A DNA stretch of 64,000 nt, taken from assembly GCA_024704765.1 (NCBI GenBank), contig JAKMXF010000020.1:25669-89668 (forward strand), written 5' to 3'. Source of the DNA: Oopsacas minuta (lineage: Eukaryota; Animalia; Porifera). The notes beneath the pieces were generated by a model. That model was not told where the DNA came from and ran no database searches. It saw only the letters and a list, made by a program, of their open reading frames with translations. Below, one piece after another: positions 1-12,100 of this stretch. A program made the position numbers and the translations under genes. Numbering within the stretch: position 1 is the stretch's first letter; the number at the start of each line of letters is the position of its first letter.

Positions 1-73
1 CAACGGGAGGGGATCCACAGTATATAGCTAATCTATTATAGGGGTCCATGGCTGAAAAGGTTGAGAATCACTG
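1..73. mobile_element. One end of a probable hAT-type MITE, truncated by the window edge
   Basis: 59-73 reads CAGTGATTCTCAACC on the minus strand, resembling CAGTGGTTCTCAA at ~42019. The partner end is not in the window. Confidence 0.4.
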
Positions 74-118
74 GCCTGAATATCAAATTTAACGATTAAT
101 ATAAATCTTATCGTTTAC

Positions 119-3100
119 CTAAAAGCTATTCCTCCCTTCTTAATCTTTGCTATCCAGATAGCTCCCCTCTCCCCTTGTACAGGTCCATTCAGTGTGATTC
201 CTAGACTGGGAAGGCCTGACCTCATCAGTTTTATATTGAAGGTTCCAGAAGAGGGTGTTACTGCTTCGTTGACATCTAATTCTACCAACAAGTCTAGAAT
301 CTTATTCTGCATTATACTATCTTGTATCAATTGTTGACATTGAACAGTAGATTGTATAGGATGATCATTGATTGTCAATATATGATCTCCTTCCATCAAC
401 ACTCCACATCTAAATAGATAATTACACACTCAAAGCAATTCTAGCAATAATTTCTTTAAACTCACTGATATGCTGGAGAATTGTAGTCTATGCTAGCAAT
501 GATAACATGTCCTGAAGAGGGATGTGATAGAGTATCGATACCGATTCCATATCCGTCTAGTGTGGGGTTGAGTTGCACTATGAGGGACTCTTGCCTGGCT
601 GGCAAACGTTGTAGCGTCATAGTGCTCCTAACTGATGGACAAATAATAAGTAAGGCGAGATTACTAAATTCAAACTACAAGTTTCGTGACATTTCGTCAA
701 CTTATAACAATTCAGTGTATTTCCATAATGAGCACATATAGTACTTTTGATGTGTGCAGTATTAATTAGTATAGCAGAACCATTTAGTACTTATTAATGA
801 GAATAGTGGTAAGAGGATTGCACTCAATTAGTTAAGAGAGGAGACAAATGTCATAATTCGATAAATTGTTTGACATTGATTTGGAGTTAAATTGTGAAGA
901 TATTAAAAATAATAGTTACACAATATATCTCATTGGGACTTAAAATACGAAAAGGTACAAGGTAGTTAGTAGGTAAATATCACTAATTCAAGTCGACTTA
1001 TTAATAGAAATTATTTCATACTTTTTGCTCTGTAAATATTCCAAATAAGCTGCCATGTTAACATGTTTACCGTGCGTGTTCATAAGTTCTACTCTTATTA
1101 TTATTAACGAACTTACAATCTTAGTTCTATGAAACTATTAATATTCCTATTGAAGGACTATTTAGTAATAAAGATCGGAAAAGTTACTAATAACTATTAA
1201 CAAATATTTCAAATACGTGCTGCTATATTGTATTATACAATTGAAGCCTAATGACATTATGTAACCCCGTATCATAGCAACCTTACAGTGTCAAGTGTGA
1301 ATATTGTACTAAAGACAATAGATCTTCTAATTACACTATTGAAGTGATAACCTCGATACATTTCACTACATTAACCTTTGAAATAGAATTGATTAGTATA
1401 ATATGCCTGAACGTGAACACGATACTCGTTCCAGAAATGTTCAATCAGGTGACTTCTGAGGACTCCTCTAATTAGAGTGGAGATTTACAATGAATAGCGG
1501 AATGCCATGGAACGAAATGTCGGTAATCCGCAATAGGCTCTTTGCATATAACACAGCTGTTAAAATAACTATATTATGTATGTATTGTAAAGATTACTTG
1601 ATTGAGATGAGAGAGCCCCTGGTCTGAATCCATAATCAGCTGTTGATGAATTGAGTTGAGAAATAGAATCACTATTACCTAGAAAATAATTAAAGTTATA
1701 CTATTCCATTAACTGAATTAATCTTTCCAAAGGAAATAGAAATAACTAACTCATTTTAGGCTGGTAGTCTTTGTTAAAAAATGGATTCCTGGGGTATGGG
1801 TTGTTGCCAGGAAGTAGCTCTAATGAGACTCTAACAGATTGAACCTGTAAGAGCTTAGATGAGTCTAAGACACTAAGACCCTGTACATTTTGTGCGTTGA
1901 TTGAGATTATCTGATCTCCGATATAGAGAGCACCACTCCTATAACAAAATTCATTATTACAGCATAGATTTACAAAATATCCTATTTAATATGTAATCAG
2001 AGCTAACCTGTCCGAAATACTACCGGCTTTAATACTAGATATGATTATTGATCCTCCTGGAGTAGGACTACCTAAATAGAGTGAAGAGATGGAAATATTT
2101 CAAAGTTGTATCCTCGTTAAAACATTATATTGAAAAGAAATAAATGCATAAATTCTGTTCAAGAGGAGATAGATTTTTCGTTAAGATTAATTATTATACA
2201 TATATTCAATAAGGCATGAAAAGCAATTCTGGTAGTCGATCAGTAATTATCTCGGAATAAGTTAGACAAGATTTATAATGAACTGGTTAATTAATTTAGA
2301 TATTCCTCGATAAGTGAAATAAAGAACAGGGCTAGTTGAGGTTAAACAGGCATTTTGCATTGCAGGAAGGAAGCGTTCGAAGTTCAGGTGTTTCGATGAC
2401 AGGGAGGGTTCGTTGGAGAATTTGATTAAGTGGTATTTTGTATTTAACAAGAACAAAAGTTTATGAAGGGTAGCGCAGCTTATCACTTTATATTTAGTGA
2501 TTCATTTTCATCCATATTTTCTAAGGCTAAAACGAATATTCTAAAATCGAAACTGTAACGAACGAATATTCGTTCGTTTTGATGACTAATCATTTCACAC
2601 CTTGATCGCAATATCTGCTGATGAAAATATAAAATTTAATCAAACAACCCTAATTCGAGCAAAAAATATTCCGGCCTTTTAAGCGGAGTCTACTATACTA
2701 GTGTCTCCATCGTTTGGCATTTTTCTGAAGTATTTTGGATAATTGGATCTAGTTCTAAGAATATTCTCACTGCTTGGACAAATTACGATCATTAGCGGCC
2801 ACAACTTTCTTGTATAAACATTTTATAGTTCGTTAATTACAACTATTTATCTACATAACTGATTTTTTGGGATTGCTTAAGATTTTGTATATCAACTAAT
2901 TTTTAAGCTTCAGCTTGGGTATTTCAAATTCCCGTTGGAAACGCTGTACTGTACTATAAGACAAAATATTTACCCAAAATTAAGCTCTGTGTAGGGTGAT
3001 AATAAAGTTAAGAGGAGTAATCGTAATCTCTACATAAGACTCCTATCGGTTTCTATTCCTAACGGATAAAATGAATGTAATATGAGTCTATAAACTATGG

Positions 3101-6100
3101 CTATAACAAGAATGAAGTTCTACATAACGTTTATGAGCGCGAGAGCTTGATGGAATATCTGAGAGACTGTAGGATCTATGTCCTTGATGTCCAGGAGAGA
3201 TTCTATCCTCTCATCGAACTGTTTAAGGTAATTAGCGTTATCTGTGATAAGGAACTGGAGTTGTTGCGAGATAGTGGAGAACCAATAAGTTTTGAATTCC
3301 TGTTTGTCTGCTTTGCACTTTATAATGTATTCATTCAAACTACTAATGCAGCGAGTGAAAAACACAAAGAAGAAATCTTCAAGGGCATGCTCACACTCTT
3401 GATGCAATTTGCAGTGTTGTCTTATCTTTTCATTGGTAGGTGGTTCTCCCATTAGAGATCCTTCCTCACTCTCAACCAATTCAAGTCTCTCTTTCATTTC
3501 CCGTAACTCTTGCGTCTCACGGCCTAGACGAACTAATTCCCGCTTGAAAAAGCAAAGCATTGAGTTGATAATATCCCAGATATACGAGTGAGATACCAAC
3601 TGACTTCTGGTGTCAGGTCTGAACACCCATGACAAGATAGAATTACAGTCTATTATCCCCAATTGAAGGAGATGTGAGACACAAAACACCAGCTTCTGAG
3701 GCACACGATACCAGAAATCAATTACCGCTAGAATGCAGGTGACCTTCTCTTGCTCGTGAGCAAATAATTGAGAGAAAATGCCAAAGAATCTGTCCATAGA
3801 AATACGAGTGAAGTGAAGAGTATGACGCCCAATCTGCAAAATACATTGAGTTATCATTCTAGCGAGAGACTCCTGATCACTGGACACAGCCATCACATCA
3901 TTCCGTAGCTGTTCACTCAAAGCTTCCTTGTTTAATGCGTTCTTCCAACCGCGATTTACAGCCTCTATTTTCGAGAATATAAGCTTAGCATTAACAGATG
4001 CTGTGTCAGAATCTGACAGAAGGTCGTATACAAAGTTGCTAGAGGGAGGAGGTGGCATAGTTGAATTGAACTCCTGAGGAAGTATCTTTCGAATCTTTTC
4101 GTAATATGAGAGAGATATACTTCGGTCTAGCACATCTTTAAGGAAGCATCTCTGGGGATGATCCGGTTCCTTTTCCAGGGCAGGGAGCCAATCCTCCCAC
4201 CTCCATTGGAACTGGTAATTGTTGAGGATAATCACAAACCAGCGGAGGAACCTGGCTCTACAGATACAGTTCATCATCTCCAACCGCTCAAATAGCATCT
4301 GTGAGGCTTGCGCTAGGATAGCAGGGAATTTCCCCGGCTTAAGTGAGTTTATTTCTAGCATAACGGAAGCGTAGAACGGGAGCGGGTATGGAGGGTGTGG
4401 GAGTGTCATCATGTGAGAGAACAGAATTTCTCCGATGAGATGATAAACCGCAAGAGAGCTTTCTCTCTGAGCTAAACCCACTAGACTAACAGCACATTCC
4501 TTCCGGTCTTTGTAGTAAGTTTGCAATATACCGGATATTGTCTGCTCCACTAGGAAACGCTCGATAGAGTCAGGATCGGACAGATGAGGTCCTTTGAAAA
4601 TGTCAGTACTGTCAAATAAATGGAAGCAAGCTCGAGGCAGAGGGTAGTGCATGTCAGCACTGTGCTCAGGGAGATCTAGACTCTCAATCTTGTGTTGAAA
4701 TGCGTCGCTCAATACTCGTCTCAAACCGACATAGATTTTAGGCAGATAGTGTTCTTTCCATCCCAACTGCCGCATGGTCTGAACTTGTACCCACAGTTGC
4801 CCAAGCTGATCATTAGCCACTTGAGTAGGATAGGTTCTGTCCAAAACCTGGAGTGCGGGAAGAAACAATATCTTTCGTTTAGTAGAGATATAGCTCTCTA
4901 TTATAGTGAGAATCTCTTCGAGACCTTTCGGCTTGTCTTGATCGATCTGAGCAGCAGCCCAGGGGAGAGCAGACAGTACCGCCCATATGTACCAGTCTGC
5001 TCTATTCTGTGGAATATCTTTTTCATAGGTTACTGTAATGAATACATTATAAATGGTAAGGAGAGAGGAAGTCGATAAGACATTGCAGTTCAGAAGCTCA
5101 CTCAGAAATCGCATAATCTGAGCGGCAGTGTTGAAGCGACAGCGACTCAAACTCTTTTCTAGCTCTTCCTTCAGGGTATGGACAAAATCCTCCACAAAGT
5201 CATAGTTTTGATGGTTGAGAACTCCTATAAGAGCTGCAAAGGAGGCGGTCCTCTCTGGGAGAATCAGGGCGCAGTAAATCAATCTCTTCTTAATGAAGTC
5301 ATGCATCCTTTGCTGAATCTTGCCTACTAATCTTCCATTTAGAATTTTAGCGAGGTCTCGACTTTTCTCCACCAAGGACTCTGGAGTTGAGTTGTACTCT
5401 TCCTGGACTTTACCGAACTTTATTATCAACTCTTCCAGCTTAGCTTCCAAGGATTCTTCGGTCTCTACATCGCGCTCGTAGTATCGGCTCCTCTTTTCAC
5501 CACCCATATGCGAACCTCCACGACGTTTGAACCCCCTCCGAACTCCTCTGTCATTACGCGGTCTAGAACTAGCATGGGAATGCTGGTATTCGGCCATAAC
5601 ATAAGGTAAGTAAGAATGTGGACAAGTAATTATAAGAATATGAATGGAAAAGAAAGATTATACTATTTTAATGTAGAAAACTAGATATCATAGTATTGGA
5701 AGTGCTATTGAGTTGATTCTGAGTATATTTGTTTCACCAGAGATCATTCTTATAGTATAATTATATGGTAGAATAATAATAAAAATAGAAAGCTGAATTG
5801 GAGGGGATAATCTATATCCTTGGTAATTAATACGCTGTAGTAAAATGCAATCTAAAAAACTAGTAAATGTCTCCTGAAAAGTTTTACAAAATTTAAATAC
5901 TCATAACATTTTCTAAGGAGATATTAGGTATCAAATTTCTGAGTAGAAAGTAATAAGATTACCATAAATGTATGTGTTAGGGTAACAAGTGAAGTTGGGC
6001 GTTTTGCAAATGTTAACTTTTTATGCAATTTGCAAATTGTCCAGAAAAATTTTGGTAATTAATTTTGGTACTAAACTGTTTTGCTCTTGAAACTCAATAG

Positions 6101-9100
6101 AGTTTCAAGAGCACCAGGTTGGCATGGTAATTGAATTCTCTACTCTAGGGTAATGGGTCATGCATTATGGGTCATGACCCATCAATGTTTTATTCATAAT
6201 TTCATATACAATGTATAGCTACGAGGTATTACTGCTGAGAACCTTGTTAATAATAGAGTTTTAATAATACCATAAAGCACGAGTAATATACGTATACGTA
6301 TGTCTTCAGGTATACTAATAGCAACTACATTCATTAATATACCTTTAGTGCCTTTAATGCTCGTGGAATATCATAACATCTCAACGTAATGCAATGTTGC
6401 CAGAGAATATCAAAGCTGTCTCGATCGTGTTAGATGGATATAAAAACAACTTGGTTTCATGATTGTGTTAAACGAAATGCACTAGAACCTCGTTAATAAG
6501 TACACCAAGGGACTATCGAGATTTGTACTCCTTATCCGGAGTACGTCTTAACCGGAGTAAAAACAATTGAATATCCATTGTATGGACTAAAATTGGGTAA
6601 AATTCTGTTTGTCTTAACCGGAAATTCGTATTAAATGTGTTCGTATTAACGAAGTTTCACTGTACACACATTATATATTCTTATAATAATCAAATACATG
6701 GATGATCAGGATGGGTCAGTGACCCATTTGCAGCTCTGATATAAGTATTATAGATCTCTAGAATTTACTTAGAACTTGAAGAGTGGATTACAGGAAGTAA
6801 TTGGACTCTAGTGATCTCAGATTTGTCCAATCCCTTAACGCTGTAAGTCTACAAATATTTTCATTCGGCATCAAGAAAGAAGTTTCATTTTGAAAGTAAG
6901 ACTACCCACCTGGGCATTGTGTAAGGTGGGATTATTATTAATTTGCTTATTAAGTAAATTTTTTGATTATATTCACTTTAATCATAATTCATCCTTCTCT
7001 TAGGTTAAATTCTAAATATATACTTTTAAAGAAAAATTCCAAAAGTACAAAAGAATAGTTTGTCGTACTCTGTCATGATAACAGAATAATTACTGTTCCT
7101 GAGATAATGATTACACAATTCTAAACGTTTATTGTGTAATATATCTTAGCTCATACAATTACGATTACCAGGAACTAAATATAGAAGATTCAGTTATGTT
7201 GATATATAATAAGAGCGGAAAAGCTTTGTAAAGGCCTGTTGTATGATATTTTGAGGGGAATGCTGGAAGTCACCAGCAAGGGGCGTGCCTAATTTCCGGG
7301 ACGTGAAGTGACGTGACGGTCTCGGAAAATGTAGATGCCTAAAGTACTTGACGTTATTGCGCGCGACTCGGGATTACCGCTCAAATTCATCTCCCAAAGT
7401 GTATAACTATATGTTTTATGGATAAGACGCCGCCATTTGTTTATTCAGGGTGTATTGACTCCCGAGATACTACTCTAGAGTGTTTGCTTGCTCCCGGTGA
7501 TCGCCTTTTTGGAAGCTAAACACAAGCATTTATGGGACCCCTGAGGTCCGTATATCGCTAACCAATCCAGTGAAATAGGACCCTTACTAATTTCTCACAC
7601 TAGCTATAAGCCGCGATAGATGGCTCGTTGGCCAAATGTTTTACTGTATTAGTTATCAGGCCATCCTCACACGCTTAAACCGCCAGAATATTTCACGTAC
7701 TAGCTCTAAGATCCCGGGAAAGTAGGGATAGCACAGAATACATGAAACATATAGTTATACATTTGGGTGATGTATTTAGGAGGCTACCATAACGTCACGT
7801 CCCGTATTTTAAGCATCTACTTTTTCAGGGGCCGTCACGTTACGTCACGTCCCGGAAATTAGGCACGCCCACAACAAGGGTGTTGTCAAATTACTAACAA
7901 TATAAATTAAGCATTCAATAAGCTTCAAGATTTGGGGCAGCGCTTTGCGCGTCAATTCCACTACTATTTAATTGGGAAACAATTCAAAAAACTTCACCGA
8001 TATGGTGCATAAAATTTGATATTGTTGCTATAAAAGTGGTTGCTGGGACATTTCGTCATAACTCACAACAATATACGTATTAGTTGAATGGTATGACATT
8101 GCAGTTTTAGCAATTTCCCGAATGTACAATGGTTAAATTCAATCCTGATTATTTATAATACAAATCTAATGTATATCTAAAGAATGAAAAGGATCGGGAG
8201 CGCTTAATGCTCTGTAGAATGATCGTATTCAGTAATACTATATTACAAAGCATTAAGCAATCGGATTCCAACAAAATATTCTTCTAGTGTATATACAAAC
8301 CAGATGAAATAGAAACTTGTTAGAAAAGTAACCACACAATAATATAATCATTCTGTATAAAATCGATAAATAATTATTAATAAAGGATAAGCTTATCCGT
8401 GATTAACCAGCTGTAGTCAATAAATTATATTAAGAAAAATCGCCCTCATTTAAGTACTCCTGCTCAAATAAAATATTTTATCTATATGGGTATTTATATC
8501 TCAGGGAAATAGGCGGCTATTTTTCCCCTATAGCTACCATAATATCATTTGAACGTACATTATCAAGTGGGATGCCATTATCGGCTGGTAGTGAAAAGTT
8601 GGATTGCTTAGCAGAAGTGTAGCAAGCCGGCCTAACAGCTATGGTTGTTGCATAGCATTTTACGAGTACATAGTTGTAACAACAAAATCGAATTTAAAGA
8701 TTAAATCCTATAAATATCACACCTCACACAATAGGGTTCTACTTTATGGAATGTAGTAATACTGATAGAATCTCGGCGCTTGTTCCAGCTTGTTTTGTAG
8801 AAAATTCGGTAATGTACTTTGCCAATTACCTTATCTGGTGGTGGTGGTGGCTTATTTACAAGGTTGCAACTGGAAAGTTCAATATTCGGTTCAACATATT
8901 ATTAACGCTCTACTGTCTGGCCAGGTTGTACATTTTATTAAGAAATCCACATGACTGTACTTTCACGTATGAATAATAATACAAATTGATTAAACTTACC
9001 AATGAGAGAAAGTCCGAGAGAACTGCCTGGAGTTCTTAATAGCTCTAACGTGTAGGGTCCTTTTGCTGATTTGAGGTTTTCTAAGAATGAATTAGTTATC

Positions 9101-12100
9101 TACATGTATTGCTATTGGCTAATATTCAGCCTTGCATATAGTAATATACATATACTTCAAATATAAAAATAACAAAAGGAAACTTACCGTGAATAGCCAC
9201 GGGATATTCAACTTCAAAACTAGCTACCTCTCTTCCCTCAGAAATAAGAGTAGTGGCATCCCTCAGGGAAGCGCCCTTCAGGGATATTCCATTAATGGAG
9301 AGTAGTTTGTCTCCAGGTTTCAATAGACCGAGCCTAGAAAGAAGAGAAACTGGTTAAACCAAACTCGTAAGATTGTAATATTAACAAATAAATATCTCAC
9401 CTATAAACAGTGCTGCATGGATAGATGTGAGATATTCTGAGTTCAAACTCATCACATAGTGGAGCTCCTTCTAAAGGTATAATAAAAGTAAGTTTAATAT
9501 TTAATGCTTAGGTTTGGATTTACTTTGTGAGGGTTCTGAGCCAATCAAACAATGGACGGTGGAGTGGATCCAGAATAAAATTCATTATAAATCATAGTTT
9601 GAAAAATTCTTAATAATTTCCCCATCGGCAATCTATATCCAATAATTTAAAAAGAAATCTAGAGTATATCTTTAATAATGTTTACAAAGCGAATCAGATT
9701 CCATACATAACAATGAAACGATAAGAGACTTATCTTATTCTTGTTCTTAAGGATATGTGCTCGTACCCGTATGTCCCAGCTTAAATCCGTCCTGTTACTG
9801 ATAATATTTAGCTTACCTGGTCCATCTAATGAAAATCCGTAATCATAGTTCTCCTTTGGTAGTGTGAGACATGTTATCTTGCTCTTCTCAAACCCACAAG
9901 CTGGTAATATAATTTTGTATTAGAATTAAGTATAATTCGGAATTATTTGTCAAATATTAGGAATTTAGCTTTAGAGTTAAACTAATGTCCAATAAGTGAA
10001 TAATTTCTCAATTCTCATTACCCACGACATTGCGATGTCTGATTTCGAAAAATAGCATATATTCAATAAAATAACGGGTTGATACTAGATCACATCAGGA
10101 TACTCGCCTACTTTATATAATATAGAGATTGGTGAATTATACAACAGTATAGTCAATAGAGATGCAAGTGCGTGTTCAATAATGAATATTTTCAATTTGA
10201 TAGATAAAATGGGTCGAATAGACAGAGTGTTTGCACTAACAAGGGCTGCACTCTACCACAAATCAAAGTTAGTACAGCTGCCAGATTAACAGAACTTCAT
10301 AACGCCATAACTAGACAAGTAAACCGTGACAGCACTCCGCTTAAGTACATTAAGTTTATCTGTTTAAATATATTTAGAATTGAGTGTATTTAGAAGTATT
10401 CATAAATGGGAAAATAATCTATAATAAGTAGCCTAGTGTCTAAACACAGAACAAAATGATAAATTATGAAAAATAACTTACGGCCTTGAGAGGAATCAAA
10501 CTCCAGCTGTAGACTGATGACAGGTCCTGCGTTGACTAAGATATTAGCTACTTCTTCATGCTTCAATTGATTAGTTTGAATGCCATTTACTGCTTTAATA
10601 ACATCTCCTACTTGTACAGCCTCACTCCTTTACAAAACATAATATAATATATCTACATAGCAGACTGTAATATTAATTGTTTAAACAGTAATATCGTGGT
10701 TAACTAAGGTATTTACAACTGGACTTTACCAAAATGTTTGTAATTAGGTTTTAATTAATTGATTAGGATAATTAGAGTTGGTTAAACATAACAGATTAAC
10801 CCTACTAATTAATTCGGTATATAAGAAATTCAGCAATATTTTCTTGAAACGGAATCATTTTTTTTATTTCTTAATGAATGTTGACAAATTAACAGTGGTG
10901 AACTTGAGGTAAAAAATAAAATAAATATAAAGTAGGTGGACAATAATTCTGCATTATTCATAAACTCTTTGATAAAATTAGCCACAATTCTGCTAAAAGG
11001 CCTAGAAATAAAGAATAAGAATTACTTTCAATCATACTTTGCAGCTATACTGTCCGGACTGATCTCTTGGATAGTAATAGGACTAGCTTGATCTACACCA
11101 CCTAACAGATAGAAGTTATGTTAAACTTGTCTGTTTTATTGTAAGAATAGCAGCTGTAAATATTAACTAACCAGAAAATATAATCCCAAGGGATTGATTA
11201 TTCTCTCTGATTAATTCGATATAACTGTACTCCTTGCGTAGTAGCAATACATCGTCTGTATGATATAAACAGATAATTAAACACAGAAATATTACAGAGC
11301 AAAATCTAATAGTAATTATTTCCAATTCATTTACAAATATACTAAGTAGACACGATAATTGGATACGATATGTGATAATGTTGGTGCTAGAGTTCTAATG
11401 AACTATAAGATGTGAAAAGAGATATTACTGATGGATATTTATTCAATTGTACTCCTCATCTTGCATACAGATATTACAGAAGATAGGAGTTAACTCCGAA
11501 TCAAACACCTAAACTATGTATCCTGGGAACAACTTTATAATCGAGCTATTCAAAGCTAAAACGCATTATTTTAATACCAGATTATTAATTCAATTGCGTA
11601 CGTACAGGCTCACAAACCGCATTTGAACCTCGGTCTATGAGGTTCTATTGTATTAGCTACCATAAATATGGGAGTTAAATAATTACCTAGTGTAGAAGCC
11701 TGTGCATCTGAATTCCTTCTGGAGTTAGTTTTATTTTTATTTTTTCTAGACAAGTAAATAAGTAATAATTAAAATATGAAATAATCATAATATGAAAAAT
11801 TGTACTTTGTAGCAGTCTACTAGTATATTAAGTTAATGTATAGTAGCTTCTGCTTTGTAATCGTACACTCGTCGTGATAGAAACAACTCTATATTGTCGG
11901 TTAATAGGAAATGAGCTCGAATGACAGAATTCCAGCTGATAAAGTGGTCGGATTACATAGGTTCTATTAATTTTGAGCGAGACAGATATAGCTACAATCC
12001 ACTTAATAGCTTAAATTCCAATATCTAGGATAACGAGTATACGCTCCCTCTAGACCAGCAACATCAACCCTAATCTGAATCACAAACTATAAAATATAAC

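Noticed and set aside
2557-2578. Perfect 22-bp palindrome AACGAACGAATATTCGTTCGTT
   Set aside because: It sits among CGAATATT repeats typical of MITE subterminal sequence. There is no evidence of independent function.
3147-5078. Plus-strand ORFs antisense to NCBP1 (also those antisense to TOP2, KDM1A, the NHL gene and the Transib transposase)
   Set aside because: Shadow ORFs of real coding sequence with no recognisable motifs.
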